NCBI GenBank assembly: GCA_947259495.1
Contig: CAMYLV010000008.1
Coordinates: 71,939 to 135,938 of the forward strand
Origin: an uncultured Desulfobacterales bacterium
GTDB lineage: Bacteria > Desulfobacterota > Desulfobacteria > Desulfobacterales > JAHEIW01
Length of the DNA stretch: 64,000 nt
Reading direction: 5' to 3'
In this document: one piece after another, positions 9,671-18,200 of the stretch
Position numbering within the stretch: the stretch's first letter is position 1
How the letters are laid out: each line of letters opens with the position of its first letter
Made by a program: the position numbers and the translations under genes
The notes under the pieces: generated by a model
What the model saw: only the letters and a program-made list of their open reading frames with translations
Databases searched by the model: none
What the model was told of the DNA's origin: nothing

Positions 9671-11333
9671 ACCCCGCATCTGGCCGCTCAAGAACCGCGG
9701 TTTGTCAAAGGCTAATGGCAAAGGCGGCGCGCGCCTCATTTTGCTCGGCACATTCGGCCTGCTTTTCTGGTGCGGTATATTCGCCGTCTCCTGGCGGGTT
9801 TTGATTTACTTTAAGGGCATTGAGGATATCGGAGACATTCTGGGCTATAAATTATTGTCCATGATGCTGGTGGTGTCTTTTGCCCTGCTTCTATTCAGCA
9901 ACATCCTCACATCCCTTTCCAAACTCTATCTGTCCCGCGACCTTTTGCTGGTTCATTCGCTGCCGGTTTCCAGTTATAAGATTTTTATCACGCGCTGGGT
10001 CGACAGCACTATTGACAGTGCCTGGATGGTCATCATTTATACCATGCCCGTGCTCATCTCCTATGGCATCGTCTATAAAACCGGCATTTTTTACTATATC
10101 AACACCCTGATTGCGATGTTGTGCCTGGCAGCGATCGCTTCGGCCATCAGCACTCTACTGGTGATGACTGCGGTCATCTTTATCCCCGCCAGCCGAATGA
10201 AAAGTGTCTTTATTCTCATGGGGATTCTTTCTTTTGTGGTCATCTATCTGGCCATCCGCCTTTCACAGCCGGAATTGCTTGTCGACCCGGAAATTTTTGA
10301 CACCGTTATGGTCTATATTACCTCGCTGCAAACGCCGTCATCACCGTTTTTGCCGAGCAGCTGGATATATGACAGTATTCGATCCGCTCTTGCCGGTGCG
10401 ACCAGCAACAGTTTGTTTTTCACGGCGCTGTCTTTGAGTTTTGCCGGGATGATTGCATTTGTCCTGATCTTACTTGCCGATGCGATTTACTTTAAAGGCT
10501 TCTCCAAAACACAGAATGCTCCGGCCCGTTTGTTTAAAAGCAACGTCATCGGCGATCGCCTTTTTAACTTTCTGCCGGGCCCGGTAAGGTCCTTTACGGT
10601 CAAAGAAATAAAGACCTTCCTGCGCGACCAGACCCAGTGGACGCAGATCTTTCTGATTGCCGCCCTGGTGGTGATTTACGTTTATAATTTCAAGGTCCTG
10701 CCCCTTGAAAAATCGCCGATCAAAACCGTGTACCTGCAGAATCTATTCTCATTTCTTAACATGGGACTGGCGTTGTTCGTTTTGACAGCCATAACCGCCC
10801 GATTTGCCTACCCGGCGGTCAGTCTGGAAAGAGAGGCCTTCTGGCTGGTTAAAACCTCCCCGCTATCCATCCGTACGTTTTTATGGATTAAATTTTTCAT
10901 CTATTATCTTCCGCTACTCATCTTGACCGAGGTTCTGATTGCGGCAACCAACATCCTGCTGCAGGTCACGCCGTTTATGATGATCCTTTCAACCCTTACG
11001 GTTTTTTTTGTTGTCCCCGGCATCGTGGCACTGGGCATCGGCCTGGGAGCGGCCTATCCGGATTTTAAAGCCGAAAATCCGACCCAGACCATAACCAGTT
11101 TCGGCGGACTGGTCTTTATGATTGCCTGCGCCGGATACATCGGCCTGGTGGTCCTCATCGAGGCGGGTCCGGTGTACAATCTCTTTATGGCCGGCATCCG
11201 CAATAAATTTATCAGCCTGTCAGCCTGGATATGGATTATCGGCTCCTTTGGCCTGGTATTGGTTCTCAGCCTGCTGGCCATTTTTCTGCCGATGCGCTTT
11301 GGCCGGAGACGCCTGTCCCAATTGCTCATCTGA
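9645..11333 (+). CDS. polytopic membrane protein, putative ABC exporter permease partner
   Basis: 562 aa with many hydrophobic helices. It overlaps the ATPase gene end by 26 nt. Confidence 0.7.
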   Translation: MNEVLTLFKPRIWPLKNRGLSKANGKGGARLILLGTFGLLFWCGIFAVSWRVLIYFKGIEDIGDILGYKLLSMMLVVSFALLLFSNILTSLSKLYLSRDLLLVHSLPVSSYKIFITRWVDSTIDSAWMVIIYTMPVLISYGIVYKTGIFYYINTLIAMLCLAAIASAISTLLVMTAVIFIPASRMKSVFILMGILSFVVIYLAIRLSQPELLVDPEIFDTVMVYITSLQTPSSPFLPSSWIYDSIRSALAGATSNSLFFTALSLSFAGMIAFVLILLADAIYFKGFSKTQNAPARLFKSNVIGDRLFNFLPGPVRSFTVKEIKTFLRDQTQWTQIFLIAALVVIYVYNFKVLPLEKSPIKTVYLQNLFSFLNMGLALFVLTAITARFAYPAVSLEREAFWLVKTSPLSIRTFLWIKFFIYYLPLLILTEVLIAATNILLQVTPFMMILSTLTVFFVVPGIVALGIGLGAAYPDFKAENPTQTITSFGGLVFMIACAGYIGLVVLIEAGPVYNLFMAGIRNKFISLSAWIWIIGSFGLVLVLSLLAIFLPMRFGRRRLSQLLI

Positions 11334-11374
11334 CCCCCTGCAAGCCTGCAAAGTCCCATCTTCAAATTTTCATC

Positions 11375-11403
11375 TTGACAGCCATAATGTATACGTTTAT
11401 ATT
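11375..11403 (+). promoter_or_regulatory. candidate sigma70 promoter for the 4HB-remnant/lexA transcription unit
   Basis: TTGACA (11375-11380), a 17-nt spacer, then TATATT (11398-11403). The spacer contains the near-palindrome AATGTATACGTT. Confidence 0.5.
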
Positions 11404-11422
11404 TACATTAATATTTACATTA
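11399..11422 (+). promoter_or_regulatory. exact tandem 12-mer ATATTTACATTA x2 overlapping the -10/+1 region (possible operator)
   Basis: Read directly: ATATTTACATTAATATTTACATTA immediately at and after the -10 hexamer. Confidence 0.35.
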
Positions 11423-11428
11423 TTCTCT

Positions 11429-11708
11429 GGTTTACCGTTCAAAGGTTCGGGGTTCAAAGATTAAAGACAAATCTGAACCGTTGCTTCGAAGATCCGAGGA
11501 GAAAAGGATGAAAATCGAACAATTTGACGACATTGAAGCCTGGCAATTGACCCGGAAGCTCACTCGCAAGGTCTATGAATTGACAAAAAAGCCCAAATTT
11601 GATCGCGACTTCGGCTTGAAGAGGCAAATTCAGGAGGCCGCCGGTTCATCCATGCACAATATTGCGGTAACCCTGAACGGTGAACCCTGAACCCTTGAAC
11701 CTGAAACC
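11429..11708 (+). repeat. flavoured-hairpin element copy B (GGTTCA / TGAACC arms) carrying an internally deleted four-helix-bundle gene
   Basis: Left array GGTTTACCGTTCAAAGGTTCGGGGTTCAAAG. Right array GTAACCCTGAACGGTGAACCCTGAACCCTTGAACCTGAAACC, whose first 27 nt are identical to the right arm of copy C. Confidence 0.8.
11508..11690 (+). pseudogene. truncated four-helix-bundle protein gene (23S rRNA IVS protein family), N-terminal 53 codons only
   Basis: MKIEQFDDIEAWQLTRKLTRKVYELTKKPKFDRDFGLKRQIQEAAGSSMHNIA, then the frame reads straight into the right repeat arm. By eye there are 15 mismatches over 160 nt versus 13339-13498. The roughly 210 bp present in copy C between ATTGCGG and TAACCC are absent. 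Confidence 0.8.
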
Positions 11709-11724
11709 GACGAAAGGAGGTTTC

Positions 11725-12357
11725 ATGAAAGTCCCGCTGACAGCCAAACAGCAGCGTGTTCTGGATTATCTTCAGCGCGAAATCGCCAAAACCGGTCTGT
11801 GCCCCAGCCTGCGCCAGGCTGCAGCGAATCTGGGGGTCAGCCATGCCGCTATCGCCCAGATCCTTCGTGTGCTGGAAGAAAAAGGCTATGTTAAGCGCGA
11901 GGGGCGTTACAGCCGCAACGTTTATTTGTTAAATCGCACGCGCCAGGCAGCGGCTTTGCAGCGCTGGCGCGAAATCCCGATTATCGGTCGTGTCACGGCC
12001 GGTCTACCGATGTACGCCCAGACGGAGTGGGACGGCAGCATCGTGCTGGATGCCGCCGTTTATCGCAGTCAAAACATCTTCGCCCTGCGCGTCAAGGGCG
12101 ATTCGATGAGAGATGCCGGCATCCTCAACGGCGACCTGGCGATCTGCGAACCGCGTCAGTACGCCCAAAATGGGGAAATCGTCGTGGTTCTCATTAACAG
12201 TGAAGAGGCCACTGTCAAACGCTTCTTTTTACGTGACGACCACATCGAGCTGCGTCCGGAAAATACCGACTACGCCCCCATGCGTTACGGCTTCGGCGAA
12301 GTGCTGGTTCAGGGCAAGATCATCGGCATCCACCGCGGCCCGGAAGAAATAAATTGA
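11725..12357 (+). CDS. lexA: LexA repressor (S24 peptidase)
   Basis: wHTH N-terminus (LTAKQQRVLDYLQREIAKTGLCPSLRQAA), catalytic GDSM and VKRF Lys motif. AAAGGAGG SD 5 nt upstream of the ATG at 11725. The track ORF start at 11680 lies inside the repeat arm. Confidence 0.9.
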   Translation: MKVPLTAKQQRVLDYLQREIAKTGLCPSLRQAAANLGVSHAAIAQILRVLEEKGYVKREGRYSRNVYLLNRTRQAAALQRWREIPIIGRVTAGLPMYAQTEWDGSIVLDAAVYRSQNIFALRVKGDSMRDAGILNGDLAICEPRQYAQNGEIVVVLINSEEATVKRFFLRDDHIELRPENTDYAPMRYGFGEVLVQGKIIGIHRGPEEIN

Positions 12358-12468
12358 GCACGCTGCGCATTTGAGGAGCGGTCCTCGGAACCTTTAGGAA
12401 CGCTCCTTCAGCCGGGCATGATGGCATTGCGCAAGCGTTAGCAGCATCCCTTGGCGTAGAAAACGAAA

Positions 12469-13293
12469 ATGCAAACCGAGCAAACAAAAAGCCCCTGCCG
12501 CCTGTGGGTCGGCACCAGCGGTTATTCGTATACAGAGTGGGTCAACGCCGGGTTTTACCCGCCGGGCACCCGATCGGGCCAGATGCTGCCGCTTTACGCC
12601 CGAACCTTTCCGATCACCGAACTGAACTTCACCTGGTATCAGATGCCGAAAGCCGCTGCCATCGAACGCATGCGCCGGCAGGCACCGCCCGGTTTTCGTT
12701 TTGCCGCCAAACTGACCCGCACCTTAACCCATGAGGTGGACCCCGACCAATGGCGGGGGCAGGCCTCTCAATACCGCGACGGCATGGCACCGCTGGTCCA
12801 GGCCCGGCAGCTGACAGCTGTTTTGCTGCAGTTTCCGCCGAGCTTTTCCCGGGCGCCGCAAAATCGCCGCTACCTGGCCGCCCTTCTGGACGAACTGGCC
12901 GGATTGCCCCTGGCGGTGGAATTTCGCCATGCCTCATGGGCCGCGGACCGGGTTTTTGCCGAACTGGAGCGCCGCCGCACCACCTTGGTGGCCGTGGATG
13001 AACCGGCTTTACCGGGCCTGTTTCCGCGACTCGATTTGGTCACCAATCCGGAGCTTTTCTATATTCGGTTTCACGGCCGCAACGCCAGAGGCTGGCGCTC
13101 GGGCAATATGCAAATGCAGTTCGACTACGACTACCGTGATGAAGAGCTGCGGGAATGGGCTGATAAAATCATCACACCGATGACCCGACAGGCCGGCAGC
13201 GGGACAATTTTTTTCAACAACCACGTCCGCGGCCAGGCACCCAAAAATGCCCGGCGTTTGATCAGCCAGTTAATTGAAGGAGGTCTTCTCTAG
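12469..13293 (+). CDS. DUF72 (YecE-like) family protein
   Basis: WVGTSGYSYTEWVNAGFYPPG N-terminus, FRFAAKL, AVLLQFPPSF and AVEFRHASW are typical DUF72 blocks. Confidence 0.85.
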   Translation: MQTEQTKSPCRLWVGTSGYSYTEWVNAGFYPPGTRSGQMLPLYARTFPITELNFTWYQMPKAAAIERMRRQAPPGFRFAAKLTRTLTHEVDPDQWRGQASQYRDGMAPLVQARQLTAVLLQFPPSFSRAPQNRRYLAALLDELAGLPLAVEFRHASWAADRVFAELERRRTTLVAVDEPALPGLFPRLDLVTNPELFYIRFHGRNARGWRSGNMQMQFDYDYRDEELREWADKIITPMTRQAGSGTIFFNNHVRGQAPKNARRLISQLIEGGLL

Positions 13294-13745
13294 GTTCAGA
13301 GGTTCCGGGTTCTGGGTTCAAAGGTTCTGAGGAAAAAAATGAAAATCGAACGATTTGAAGACATTGAGGCCTGGCAATTGGCCCGGGAGTTAACACGCAA
13401 GGTCTATGAATTGACAAAAAAGCCCCGGTTTGCGGGCGACTTCGGCTTGAAGAGACAAATTCAGGAGGCCGCCGGTTCATCCATGCACAATATTGCGGAA
13501 GGATTCGATTCGGAGACAAACCCGGAATTTATTCGTTTTCTTCGATATGCCAAGCGGTCTTGCACTGAAGTCCAGAGTGAGCTTTACGTGGCACTGGATC
13601 AGCAATACATAACAACTCAAGAGTTTCAGAATGTGTACGACCATGCCGGGCGTACCCGTGCTGCCATTCGAGGTTTCATTAAGTACTTGCTAGCTTATGA
13701 GCAAGGTAACCCTGAACGGTGAACCCTGAACCTATGAACCCTTAT
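13293..13745 (+). repeat. flavoured-hairpin element copy C (GGTTCA / TGAACC arms) with an intact four-helix-bundle gene; the reference full-length copy
   Basis: Left array GGTTCAGAGGTTCCGGGTTCTGGGTTCAAAGGTTCTGAGG (13293-13332). Right array GTAACCCTGAACGGTGAACCCTGAACCTATGAACCC (13706 onward). Together they bracket ORF 13339-13722. Confidence 0.85.
13339..13722 (+). CDS. four-helix-bundle protein (23S rRNA intervening-sequence protein family, PF05635/TIGR02436-like; Avd-like fold)
   Basis: 127 aa with FEDIEAWQLARELTRKVYELT...GLKRQIQEAAGSSMHNIAEGF...EFIRFLRYAKRSCTEVQSELYVALDQQYIT, the hallmark pattern of this family. Confidence 0.85.
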   Translation: MKIERFEDIEAWQLARELTRKVYELTKKPRFAGDFGLKRQIQEAAGSSMHNIAEGFDSETNPEFIRFLRYAKRSCTEVQSELYVALDQQYITTQEFQNVYDHAGRTRAAIRGFIKYLLAYEQGNPER

Positions 13746-14915
13746 AACCGTTCAATTATCCATTTAAACGTGGCTGATTTTGCCGTGGCGGTGGAAAGGG
13801 CGGTGGATCACCGGCTGCACGAACGTCCGGTGATCATCGCACCCGAAGGCGCCGTACGCGCCGCCGTTTATGACATGAGCAACGAGGCCTATATAACCGG
13901 CATCCGCAAGGGCATGGCCCTGCAGCGAGCCGTTCGCCTGTGTCAAGATGTCCGCATCCTGCCGCCCCACCCCCACCGCTACGAACAGGCCATGCGCGAT
14001 GTGCTCAAGCGCGCCCTGCCGTATTCACCCCTGATCGAAACCGGTGAAGACGACGGCCACCTGTTTATGGATGCCACCGGCACCGGCCGCCTTTTCGGGC
14101 CGCCCAGGGATGTGGCCTGGCGGTTGCGCCGGCAGATCAAAACCGACCTGGGCCTGGACCCGATCTGGTCGGTGGCACCCAACAAATTGGTGGCCAAAGT
14201 GGCCACCCGCCTGGTGAAACCCGATGGAGCGTACATCGTCTCGGCCGGCGAAGAAAGATCGCTGCTGGCCCCGCTGCCTGTCCGCCTGGTTCCAGGCATC
14301 GAGCGCGATGACCTGCTTCGGTTGCGGGAATTCAATTTGACGCATGCATTTCAGGTCGCGGCCCTGAGCCTGGAGCAGTTGGCGGTCCCTTTTGCCACCC
14401 GTGCCCGGCTGCTTTACGAGGCGGTGCGCGGCATCGATCCGTCTCCGGTTTTGCCGGTCGGGCAGAAACCGCCGCAGGTGATCGCCGATCACGAATTCGG
14501 CATCGACACCAACGATGTGCACACCCTGGAGAGCGTTCTCTACGGGCTGGTGGAGCAGGTTGGCAGCCGGCTGCGCCGACGCCGGCGAGTTGCCCGCCGC
14601 ATTGCCATTGTGCTCGACTATTCCGACGGCATGCGCCGCGCCCGCCAGGTGGCCGCCCGGCCGGCCACGGCCAATGACCTCACCCTCTTTGAACTGGCCC
14701 GGCGCGCACTGCAACTGGCCTGGATGCGGCGGGTGCGTATCCGCCACCTGCGCCTGATCGGCGCCCGGCTGGTCTTTCCGCCGGCCCAGTTAGAACTGTT
14801 TGCCGCCGATCAGAAAGCCGATGAAAAGCGATCCAGCCTGATCGGCGCCATCGACACCGTGCGCCACCGCTTCGGCCATGAGGCCTTGCGGTTCGGCCGC
14901 ACTTTAGCGGCCTAA
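13719..14915 (+). CDS. imuB: ImuB-like Y-family DNA polymerase homologue (catalytically inactive type)
   Basis: IIHLNVADFAVAVE aligns with the DinB motif IIHVDMDCFFAAVE, but both Asp residues are replaced. The SLDE position reads DDGH. Both candidate ATGs (13719, 13734) lie inside the right arm of element C, and the gene sits upstream of dnaE2. Confidence 0.8.
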   Translation: MNPEPMNPYNRSIIHLNVADFAVAVERAVDHRLHERPVIIAPEGAVRAAVYDMSNEAYITGIRKGMALQRAVRLCQDVRILPPHPHRYEQAMRDVLKRALPYSPLIETGEDDGHLFMDATGTGRLFGPPRDVAWRLRRQIKTDLGLDPIWSVAPNKLVAKVATRLVKPDGAYIVSAGEERSLLAPLPVRLVPGIERDDLLRLREFNLTHAFQVAALSLEQLAVPFATRARLLYEAVRGIDPSPVLPVGQKPPQVIADHEFGIDTNDVHTLESVLYGLVEQVGSRLRRRRRVARRIAIVLDYSDGMRRARQVAARPATANDLTLFELARRALQLAWMRRVRIRHLRLIGARLVFPPAQLELFAADQKADEKRSSLIGAIDTVRHRFGHEALRFGRTLAA

Positions 14916-14916
14916 C

Positions 14917-15212
14917 TGCCGGTTTGCCCGTTGCCGGTTTAGCCCGTTGGCCGGTTGATAATTGAACGAATAACCATCAGAACAAACTGTTGAACAAACG
15001 AATTTATTCGATTTTTAACATATTCGCGACGCTCTTGTTCTGAGGTACAAAATTGCCTGTATATTGCTTTGGACCAGAAGGACATCTCCCCAGAAGCGTT
15101 TCAAAGTACTTATGACCACTGTGCAAGGATCAGGAAAATAATTGATGGCCTAATCCGTTACTTGAAAAACCATCAACCCGGCTAACGGGCCAACGGGCTC
15201 AACCGGCTCAAC
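14917..15212 (+). repeat. flavoured-hairpin element copy D (GCCSGTT / AACSGGC arms) with a 5'-truncated four-helix-bundle gene fragment
   Basis: Left array CTGCCGGTTTGCCCGTTGCCGGTTTAGCCCGTTGGCCGGTTG starts 2 nt after the imuB stop. Right array CAACCCGGCTAACGGGCCAACGGGCTCAACCGGCTCAAC ends 6 nt before the dnaE2 ATG. Confidence 0.8.
14997..15185 (+). pseudogene. four-helix-bundle protein gene fragment (C-terminal half only)
   Basis: Hand translation NEFIRFLTYSRRSCSEVQNCLYIALDQKDISPEAFQSTYDHCARIRKIIDGLIRYLKNHQPG* aligns with residues ~62-124 of the 13339-13722 protein (roughly 60% identical by eye). An in-frame TGA lies just upstream and there is no start codon. Confidence 0.75.
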
Positions 15213-15218
15213 TTTGTT

Positions 15219-18200
15219 ATGATCCCATTAACCGTCCGATCCAACTACTCTTTCATGTGGGGCACAGCTTCGGTCAAACAGGTCTGCCGGGCAGCCCGAC
15301 GTCTGGGCTATACGCACCTGGCGCTGACCGACACCGACAACCTGTGCGGCCTGTGGCCCTTTTTAACCAGCTGTCGGCGCGAAGGACTGACACCCATTGT
15401 GGGGGCGGAGATCACCGACCCGCAGCGCAAGCAGCGGGCCGTCTGCCTAGTGGCCAATGATTCCGGCTACCGCAACCTCTGCCGCCTGTTGACCCGCCGC
15501 CACATGGACGATGATTTTAGTTTGGCGGCCGCTGTAAGCGCCCATGCAAATGGATTGGTGGTCCTTACCCAGAGCGCGGGCCTGCTCAGCGCCTGGCATG
15601 CTGACGGCGTTGCAGTTGCCGGCGCCCTGCCGCGTCGTCCTTTGCCCGCCACCCACCGACTGCGCCACACGGCCCGCCGCCTGGGCGTGTCGGTGGTAGC
15701 CACGCCAGGCAGTTTCTTTTTGCGTCCCGCAGACATGGCGGTGCATCGCATTTTGCGCGCCATCGCGCACAACACATCCCTGTCACGCCTGGCAGCCGAC
15801 GAAGTTGCCCCGGTAGATGCATGGCTGGCAGGCCCTCAAGAATATGAACGCCGCTTTGCCATCTGCCCGGAGGCAATCAGCGTCACTTACAAAATAGCCG
15901 AACGTCTGGATTTTAGCGGCCCGCAATTTGGCATTGTCATGCCGCCGCTGCTCGGTCAAAACGGCAGCAACCCGGCCGAGCGCCTGCGCGAGCAAGCTTA
16001 TGAAGGTGCGCGGCAGCGCTACGGCGATGAGCTTTCCGAGGCCGTGGTGGAGCGGCTGGAACACGAATTGCGCAGCATCACAGACATGGGATTTGCCGCA
16101 TATTTTTTAATCGTGCGCGGCATCATCCAGCGCAGCCCGCGCACCTGCGGCCGCGGCTCGGGCGCCGCTTCGCTGGTGGCTTACTGCCTGGGCATTACCA
16201 ATGTCTGTCCCCTGAAGCACAATTTGTATTTTGAGCGGTTCTTAAACCCGGGCCGCCAAGATCCGCCCGACATCGATGTGGATTTTGCCTGGGATGAACG
16301 CGATGCGGTCCTGGATTCGGTCCTGACCCAGTATCCGGGTCACGCCGCTATGGTGTCCAGCCACGTGCTGTTTCAACCGCGCATGGCGGTGCGCGAAGTG
16401 GCCAAGGTCTTCGGGCTGACCGATGCCGAAATCGGCCGGGTGTCCAAGCGGCTGCCCCAATTCTGGCGCGTGAAAGAATCCGACCCTCGATTTTTGGACG
16501 AACTACAGCAGCGTCCCGAATCCAAAGCGCTGGCGTTTCCCCCGCCCTGGCCCGACATTTTGCAGTTTGCCCAGCGCCTGATCGGCACCCCGCGCTATAT
16601 GTCGGTGCACCCCGGCGGCGTGGTGATCACGCCGCGGCCTATTGAAGAATACGTCCCTGTCGAGCGCGCCCCCAAAGGCGTGCCGATTATCCAGTGGGAA
16701 AAGGATGCCACCGAAGATGCCGGGCTGGTCAAAATTGATTTGCTGGGCAACCGCAGCCTGGGGGTCATTCGTGACGCCCTGGTCAACCTGCGCGACAACG
16801 GCACCGCCTTCGACGAGCTGCGCTGGGAACCCGAAGACGACTTTGCCACCCAGGAGGCTCTGGCCCAGGGTCGCACCATGGGCTGTTTTTATATCGAAAG
16901 CCCGGCCATGCGCCTGCTGCAGCAAAAGTCCAAAGTGGGCGATTTCGAACACCTGGTCATTCACAGCAGCATTATCCGCCCGGCTGCCAACGAATTTATC
17001 CAGGAATACATCCGCCGGCTGCACGGCGGCCGCTGGGACCCGATTCATCCTTTTTTGGCCGAAGTGCTCGCTGAAACCTTCGGCATCATGGTTTATCAGG
17101 AAGATGTCTCCCGCGCGGCAGTGGTTATCGCTGGCTTTTCGCATGCCGAAGCCGATACGCTGCGCAAAGTGCTGACCAAAAAGGATCGCGCGCATCAGCT
17201 GCGGGATTTTGAGCAACGCTTTTACACCGGCGCACGGCAGCACGGCGTATCCGCTGACAAAACCGCTGAAATCTGGGATATGATGATGAGCTTTAACGGC
17301 TATTCCTTCTGCAAACCCCACAGTGCTTCTTATGCCCGGGTATCCTTTCAGGCCGCCTATCTCAAGGTCCATTATCCGGCCGAATTTATGGCTGCGGTGA
17401 TCAGCAACCAGGGCGGCTTTTACGGCACCTTTGCCTACGTGTCCGAGGCCCGGCGCATGGGTCTGAAGGTGCTGCCGCCCAATGTCAGCTTAAGTGAGGT
17501 TCACTGGACCGGCGGGGCCGATACCATCCGGGTGGGGCTGCTGTCCGTCAAGGGCCTGGGCATCGACACCCGGGCGCGCATCGTTGCGCAGCGTCGCCGC
17601 CGGTCCTACGGTAGTCTGCGGGATTTTTTGGACCGCGTGCGCCCCGCGGAAGACGAGGCCCGCTCATTGATCAACTGCGGCGCCCTGGATGCCTTCAACT
17701 CCGGCGGCAACCGCGCAGCGCTGCGGTGGGAACTGGCCGGCTGGTTGAAATCAAAACGGCCGAAAGTGCCCAACCCCGCCCTGTTTGATGGTGCCAACCC
17801 TGGCGCCGATTGCCCGCCGCCGGCACTGCCCGCCGAAGATGAACGCGAACGACGGCGGCGTGAGTTTACGGTGCTGGACTTTCTGTGCGATCGTCACCCC
17901 ATGGAGCTGTTTGCCGGACAGTTGCAAAAACGACGCACCGTTAAAGCCGTGGACCTGCCGTGCTTTGTCGGCCGGCGGGTCACTCTGGCCGGCTGGCTGA
18001 TTACCGGCAAGGTGGTTTCCACCAAAAAGGGCGATCCCATGGAGTTTTTAACCTTTGAAGATGAAACCGGTATTGTAGAGACTACCTTTTTCCCGCAAGC
18101 CTACCGCCGTTTTTGCCACATCATCGATCGCCAGCGGCCCTATCTGCTTACCGGCAGGGTCGAAGCGGACTGGGGCGCGCTGACCCTTACAGTCGAAAAG

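Noticed and set aside
11470-11500. Cheo-box-like GAACCGTTGCTTC, and GAACAAACTGTTGAACAAAC at 14981-15000, as LexA operators.
   Set aside because: Neither fits GAAC-N4-GTTC exactly. Both lie inside the repeat elements rather than at promoters. They are left unresolved rather than called.
14025-14747. 240-aa minus-strand ORF antisense to imuB (and similar ORFs at 13979-14335, 16503-17372 and 15447-15876).
   Set aside because: These lie entirely antisense to well-supported genes in the GC-rich island. Their composition is Arg/Gly/Ala/Pro-rich with no motifs, which is typical of stop-codon-poor frames in high-GC DNA.
11429-15212. Whether the short tandem arrays could be a CRISPR array or a microsatellite.
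   Set aside because: The units are only 7-8 nt with no spacers, and they always occur as two inverted blocks. No cas genes are in the window. This is not CRISPR-like, and the inverted pairing is not expected of simple microsatellites.
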